Positions 24,027-28,131 of a stretch of DNA of 28,131 nt are shown one piece after another (the stretch's first letter is position 1; each line of letters opens with the position of its first letter). A program made the translations under genes and the position numbers. The stretch is from a virus (taxonomy: Duplodnaviria; Caudoviricetes): positions 1-28,131 of IMG/VR virus record IMGVR_UViG_3300011334_000302, one strand, 5' to 3'. The notes beneath the pieces are model-generated. The model ran no database searches. It was not told the DNA's origin and was given only the letters and a program-made list of their open reading frames with translations.

Positions 24027-24502
24027 CACACCTTAAGCACTTCTTCCAGCTTCTGCTGGTAAATTTGGATTAATTTGTCCGTAATTATCAAATTACCGTA
24101 ATGAACTTTTCTATGGCAATTTGAACAAAGCAAAATGCAATTGTGAATTTCTTTAAGAAAAGTTTTTAGCGTCGCACTTTGCGCTGGATTGCGCTCTTTT
24201 TTTGACGGGTCTAGATGATGCAATTCTAGGGTGCAAGGCGTTGTTTCTTCGCACACCGTACAACCGCGAGCGTGTTTCCAATCTGAAATTTCTTGTTTTT
24301 TCTGCGCAATCCGCGCTTTCATAGCGGGGTAATTTTTGGCTTTGTATTCTTGCATATATTGCGTGGAATACTCCGGATGCGCCAAACGCCACAACCGCGA
24401 TTTTTCCGCAACGCAACTTTTGCATTGTGACCGTAAGCGTCCCCCGTTAATTGGAAAATCAATTTTTTGCTTAAGGGTTTGACACTTTGTGCAATTTTTC
24501 AT
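24026..24502 (-). CDS. HNH endonuclease (putative homing endonuclease)
   Basis: N-terminal CxxC...CxxC, then GCTVCEE...LELHHLDP...CILLCSNCHRKVH. Very AT-rich (16/60 GC in line 24061). Confidence 0.85.
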   Translation of the reverse strand: MKNCTKCQTLKQKIDFPINGGRLRSQCKSCVAEKSRLWRLAHPEYSTQYMQEYKAKNYPAMKARIAQKKQEISDWKHARGCTVCEETTPCTLELHHLDPSKKERNPAQSATLKTFLKEIHNCILLCSNCHRKVHYGNLIITDKLIQIYQQKLEEVLKV

Positions 24503-24734
24503 GTTCTTGTAACCGCTGCAAATAGTGAATTGCTTTGCTTAAATCATCACTTTCGGCTTTCCGCCCTGCCCGCATGGCGTACTTTATCACGTTGCCCAAT
24601 AAAAAGCCGCGAAACGCTTCGGGCGTCATAACGGACTCCATCACCGTCCACGGCTGCACGCCCATCGCCTTGTAGTGACTGCCGCCCACCTGGCGCTTAT
24701 CTGCGCTGTCGTACAGCGTGACATCCTCGCTCAT
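24471..24734 (-). CDS. DUF3310 (SaV / T7 gp1.7-like) family protein
   Basis: QVGGSHYK..VQPW....FRGFLLGNVIKYAMRAGRK..DDLSKAIHY. Start at 24734 by ATGA overlap; the track start at 24791 is too long. Confidence 0.8.
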   Translation of the reverse strand: MSEDVTLYDSADKRQVGGSHYKAMGVQPWTVMESVMTPEAFRGFLLGNVIKYAMRAGRKAESDDLSKAIHYLQRLQEHEKLHKVSNP

Positions 24735-24925
24735 GGCGACACCAAGCCATCCAGCAGCGCCGCACGCTCGCGCCCGGCCCGCAAAGTGCAATACCGCTGG
24801 TGCAGCCGGATCAGGATGGAGGCACGGCGCTTGTTGGCGCGCTCATGCTCCAGCGTCGCTTTGGCTTCTTCTTCGGTCATCAACGACGCGGCGTCATTGA
24901 GTGTTCGCCAGTTGTATTCTTTCAA
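24731..24925 (-). CDS. Hypothetical phage protein (64 aa)
   Basis: TTG start after a GGAG RBS. WRTLND..MTEEE..LEHER..RRASILIRLHQRYCTLRAGRER. Confidence 0.65.
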   Translation of the reverse strand: MKEYNWRTLNDAASLMTEEEAKATLEHERANKRRASILIRLHQRYCTLRAGRERAALLDGLVSP

Positions 24926-25064
24926 GTAAGGTCTCCAAGTAAACAATTTCTGTCAGGGTCTTTTGCAGGCTGCGCTGGGCGCTGTTGTACGCCTTGCGCC
25001 GAACCCGCAAATCTTCTTTTGCAGCCCGCAGCCTACCGCGTAAAGTTTTCTCTTTCAAGGTCAT
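24894..25064 (-). CDS. Small coiled-coil hypothetical protein, 56 aa (not in ORF track)
   Basis: ATGA overlap with the helicase stop and a GGAGG RBS. Translates to MTLKEKTLRGRLRAAKEDLRVRRKAYNSAQRSLQKTLTEIVYLETLLERIQLANTQ. Confidence 0.6.
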   Translation of the reverse strand: MTLKEKTLRGRLRAAKEDLRVRRKAYNSAQRSLQKTLTEIVYLETLLERIQLANTQ

Positions 25065-26395
25065 TTCAACGCCTCCAGCCCTTGGGCCGAGTAATCGCGC
25101 TTGGATTGCAGCGCACCCCAGATCCTCTCATCCACGGTTTTCTCCGTCAGCAGCAAGTAGCACCACACATCACGCCGTTGGCCGCTGCGGTGCAACCGGC
25201 CTATGGTCTGCTCAAACTTCTCCCACGACCACGGCAGCGTCAAAAACACCAAATGGCAGCCGCCGTGTTGCAGGTTTAACCCGTGCGCCGCCGAGTCGGG
25301 ATGCAGCGCCAGCAGCGGCACGCCCCCTGCGTTCCAGCGGTCGATGATGTCGGGGTCGTCAAGGGTGGCAAGCGTGGGGTGGCGGCGCTTGAGTTCAGCC
25401 AACTGCTCTTGGAACGCATAGACCAGAATTGTGTTGGCGTGTTGGTTCTCATCCAGCAAGTCGTCCAGCACATCGAACTTGTGTGAGGAAATTTGCACAG
25501 GTCGTTGTTCCACGTGGAACTTTCCGGGTGCATCGGCTCTGGCGGTCTTGATCGTTTCATAGATGAAACCCGCGGCAAGTTGGGTCAGTTTGCTCGACAC
25601 CACGCCCGCGCTGACGGCGGTGACGGTGGCCCCTTGTAGTTGCAGCACGAAGTCGCGCTTCATCTTGTCGTAAAGCGTCATGTCCATGTCGCAGGCGACG
25701 GGGACAATGTGCAGCGGCGGCAGGGTGTCTTTGTAGTCGCCTGGCTCTAACAGGAACGTGGCGGGTTTGATCCGCGCCATGACCGCTTCCAGCGAGCCAG
25801 TGCGCGGTTCCCACTGGCCGTATTCGCGGTTGATAAGGGCAAAGTATTGCTGCATGAACGCGCCCTTGGCGCGGCCCAAGAGCGCCTCATTGACGATCTT
25901 GCACTGCCCGAATACATCCTCCAGCCCGTTGCTGGTAAAGCTGCCGGTTAAGCCCCAGCGGATGGGGAAACGTTCGATGATCTTGTGCAGCGCCTTAAAG
26001 CGTGTGCCGGACGGGTTCTTAAGGCGCGTCAATTCGTCAAACACGATGGCGTCGAACTTTAGCGGCTGCGCGGCCAGCCACTGCAAGGTGTCGTAGTTAG
26101 CCACGACGATCTGAGCCGTTGAGCGCAGCGCAGCGGCCCGCTTGGCCGGTGGCCCTACGCAGACCACCAACGACAATTCGGACGCCCACAGCGCCGCCTC
26201 CTTGGGCCACACGCTGGTTGCCACGCGCTTGGGGGCCAGCACCAGAAACCGTTTGGCGTGACCGTCGCGGATCATGTCGCGCATGGCGGTCAGCGTGATG
26301 GCGGTCTTGCCCGCGCCCACGGGGGCCAAAATCAGCGCCCTGTCGCGGGCGTAGAGGAAGTCTGCCGCCAAGTCTTGGTAGGGTCTAAGGTTCAC
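25061..26395 (-). CDS. SNF2-like superfamily 2 helicase
   Basis: Start GTG (MNLRPYQ) by GTGA overlap. Motifs APVGAGKT, FDELT, LTGS, HGLNLQ, QTIGRLHRSGQ. The track extension to 26629 overlaps the MTase. Confidence 0.9.
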   Translation of the reverse strand: MNLRPYQDLAADFLYARDRALILAPVGAGKTAITLTAMRDMIRDGHAKRFLVLAPKRVATSVWPKEAALWASELSLVVCVGPPAKRAAALRSTAQIVVANYDTLQWLAAQPLKFDAIVFDELTRLKNPSGTRFKALHKIIERFPIRWGLTGSFTSNGLEDVFGQCKIVNEALLGRAKGAFMQQYFALINREYGQWEPRTGSLEAVMARIKPATFLLEPGDYKDTLPPLHIVPVACDMDMTLYDKMKRDFVLQLQGATVTAVSAGVVSSKLTQLAAGFIYETIKTARADAPGKFHVEQRPVQISSHKFDVLDDLLDENQHANTILVYAFQEQLAELKRRHPTLATLDDPDIIDRWNAGGVPLLALHPDSAAHGLNLQHGGCHLVFLTLPWSWEKFEQTIGRLHRSGQRRDVWCYLLLTEKTVDERIWGALQSKRDYSAQGLEALK

Positions 26396-26994
26396 AGCAA
26401 CCCGCCCCATTGCTCGGCCATTGCTGCGGCGATGCCTGCGTAGGTGGCACTGCGGATTTTCCACCTGTCGGCGCTCGGCCCGAGCTTGTTCTGCCCGCTG
26501 CCGGTCTGGTTGCCCCAGCGCGGTTTGCCGTTGACGATGCGCGGTTCCACCACGTTTGTCGGTTGCAGCGGCGGCAGGTTCTTGAGCCACAGGCACGTTT
26601 TCTTGCTGGCGTCGTGGCCGAACATCCACGGCTGCACAATCTGGTCAGGTTTGCGGATCCGGCTGCTGATGACGCTCACCGGATTCTCCAGCGCGGTGCG
26701 ATCAATCGGCGCGTCCAGCAGCAAGCGCACAAACGCGAGCGCATCCTCGGTCAACTGCGGATCGCGCAATCCGCGCGTTGTCCAGTGCATACCGGACACT
26801 GACAGGTAGGTGCAAGGTGGATGGGCGATCATTAAATCCCACCCCTGCGCCAGCACCGTCGTAACGTCGCCTTGAAAATGCGGCCCTGGCGCATCGGTCG
26901 GCAGCAAGTCGCATGACCACGCATCATGCCCCTTCCGTAGGAAAGCATCGCGTACAGCGCCGCTGTACTCGCAAGCTACAAGGACTTTAGCCAC
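26392..26994 (-). CDS. Short DNA cytosine-C5 methyltransferase-like protein
   Basis: VLVACEYSG (motif I variant), SCDL, GDV, HPPCTYLS (catalytic PC), LENP, QPWMFG...KKTCLW. 200 aa from the GTG at 26994. Confidence 0.75.
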   Translation of the reverse strand: MAKVLVACEYSGAVRDAFLRKGHDAWSCDLLPTDAPGPHFQGDVTTVLAQGWDLMIAHPPCTYLSVSGMHWTTRGLRDPQLTEDALAFVRLLLDAPIDRTALENPVSVISSRIRKPDQIVQPWMFGHDASKKTCLWLKNLPPLQPTNVVEPRIVNGKPRWGNQTGSGQNKLGPSADRWKIRSATYAGIAAAMAEQWGGLL

Positions 26995-27248
26995 TGATCC
27001 ACCTGTTCGGTTGTCCACAGACACGCATAGTTTTGGTTAAGCGCCGCAAGGTCAGCGGCGTGCAGCTTCTGCAACTCCGACAGCCGCCCGCCTTTGGTTT
27101 TGAGTTCCACAAACCATGTCTGGCCGTTAGGCAGACAAGCGATCCGGTCGCACACGCCGCGATTGCTGGGGCTTTTGAACTTCCAGCTTTTGCCCCCCGC
27201 ACGCTCCACAGCCCACGCGAAGTGCTTCTCTACTGCGGCTTCTTTCAT
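26976..27248 (-). CDS. VRR-NUC domain nuclease
   Basis: EAAVE...KFKSPSNRGVCDRI...WFVELKTKGGRLSELQ, a PD-(D/E)XK pattern. Confidence 0.85.
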   Translation of the reverse strand: MKEAAVEKHFAWAVERAGGKSWKFKSPSNRGVCDRIACLPNGQTWFVELKTKGGRLSELQKLHAADLAALNQNYACLWTTEQVDQWLKSL

Positions 27249-27550
27249 CGGCTGCGCCGTTGTCTATTGATTTCACGGATCACGTTTCTCACAGTCGTCA
27301 CGGCGCGGTTAAGCGCCAACGCAATCTGGCCCGCAGTCATCGGGCCATAGTTGGATGCGACAAACGCACGCTCGGCGTCTGTCCAGTTGCCCATCTTATG
27401 CGGCACGCCGTTGCAAAAGTGCATCCGGCCATCTACATTCACCAACCGCCATTGGCCCGCGTTGTCGCCCTTTTGCACAAGCTCACGCCACACAGTGCAA
27501 CCACACGCACACTGCACTTCGCCGCCTACGTCGTCTTGAATCTGTACCAT
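27245..27550 (-). CDS. Putative DNA-binding protein (CxC...HxC motif plus Myb/HTH-like C-terminus)
   Basis: CACG...HFC, followed by WTDAERAFVASNYGPMTAGQIALALNRAVTTVRN. First gene of the leftward operon. Confidence 0.6.
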   Translation of the reverse strand: MVQIQDDVGGEVQCACGCTVWRELVQKGDNAGQWRLVNVDGRMHFCNGVPHKMGNWTDAERAFVASNYGPMTAGQIALALNRAVTTVRNVIREINRQRRSR

Positions 27551-27641
27551 GCGGGCGAAGCTAACACGACGAAAAAGTATTTGACAAGCTAATTTTTGAC
27601 AGGCAGGATGGCGGCTCGATCAACAACAGTAGGAACATACA
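27551..27641. promoter_or_regulatory. Divergent promoter region with overlapping -35 boxes and TTTGACARGC direct repeats
   Basis: + strand: TTGACA (27581-27586)-17-CAGGAT (27604-27609). - strand: TTGTCA (27587-27582)-18-TAGCTT (27563-27558) with a TGn extension. Repeats at 27580-27589 and 27595-27604. Confidence 0.6.
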
Positions 27642-28131
27642 GTGCAGCACTCATCAGTCGTCGGCGGGTCAACCGCCAAACGCGTCATCCACTGCCCCGC
27701 GTCGGTGGAGTTGTCCAACAAGATGCCCCCGCGTCCGTCAAGCAAAGACGCAGACAAAGGCACGCTCTTGCACAACGTCATCGCCTTGCACTTGGACGGG
27801 CACGGCGAGTTCAAAGATTTCTTGGGCATGAAGTACGAGGACATCACACTCACGCAGGACATGATCGACGACAAACTGCAACCGGCCATTGAGGCGCTGA
27901 TGCAGATTGACCCCGAAAGCGTCATGGAGTACGCGGTCGAGCAGCGCGTGGAGTTCGGCTCGCAGTTGCCTGGTGTGTTTGGCTCAACCGATCTGATTGG
28001 CCGCGTCGGGGATCGCGTCATTAGCTTGGACTGGAAGTTCGGTGACGGCGTGATGGTGGAGGCCGAGGAACACCCGCAGGGTCTGTTCTACACCGCTGCT
28101 GCGAGTTACCACCCTGACCTTGCGTGGGTGT
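27642..28131 (+). CDS. Cas4-like PD-(D/E)XK exonuclease, DUF2800 family (3'-truncated; absent from ORF track)
   Basis: GTG after an AGGA RBS. MQHSSVVGGSTAKRVIHCPASV...ADKGTLLH...VEQRV...FGSTDLIG...LDWKFGDG...PQGLFY. Open to the window end. Confidence 0.85.
   Translation, partial: MQHSSVVGGSTAKRVIHCPASVELSNKMPPRPSSKDADKGTLLHNVIALHLDGHGEFKDFLGMKYEDITLTQDMIDDKLQPAIEALMQIDPESVMEYAVEQRVEFGSQLPGVFGSTDLIGRVGDRVISLDWKFGDGVMVEAEEHPQGLFYTAAASYHPDLAWV

Noticed and set aside
26396-26629. 78-aa N-terminal extension of the helicase in the ORF track
   Set aside because: It overlaps the methyltransferase. The Q-motif LRPYQ directly follows a GTGA-coupled start at 26395.
27596-28021. Track ORFs 27596-27892 (+) and 27620-28021 (-)
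   Set aside because: They are alternate frames over the real DUF2800 gene starting at 27642, which the track omits because it has no stop in the window.
27642-28131. Cas4-like nuclease as a sign of CRISPR-Cas
   Set aside because: No repeat-spacer array or other cas genes are present; DUF2800 is a standard phage replication/recombination exonuclease.

Overview
The window is a large part of a dsDNA tailed-phage (podovirus-like, P22-type morphogenesis) genome and is truncated inside genes at both ends. The + strand (1-23878) carries a late operon. In order it encodes the large terminase (5'-truncated), three tiny Lys/Arg-rich proteins (two are missing from or mis-started in the ORF track), a P22-like portal and a Dps/ferritin-like protein. 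Next comes a lower-GC receptor-binding island with two beta-helix tailspikes and a fibre, placed between the portal and scaffold genes. It is followed by scaffold, P22-like coat, putative decoration proteins, a gp4-like adaptor, a gp10-like hub, a long needle/fibre protein, a GNAT, three ejection proteins and a lysis cassette (holin-like genes plus a GH24 lysozyme, with no recognisable spanin). The - strand (about 24026-27550) carries an HNH endonuclease, a DUF3310-like gene, two small genes, an SNF2-like helicase, a short C5-methyltransferase-like gene, a VRR-NUC nuclease and a Zn/HTH protein. This block diverges from a Cas4-like/DUF2800 exonuclease that runs off the right end. The most notable sequence-level observations are: (1) a chimeric 50-codon recombination scar at the right border of the tailspike island; (2) an HNH insertion that appears to have captured the original 3' end of the DUF3310 gene; (3) overlapping divergent promoters that may give a leaderless transcript for the HTH protein; (4) a structured leader, with mutually exclusive hairpins, upstream of the scaffold gene. 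All family calls come from motif recognition by eye; no database searches were run.
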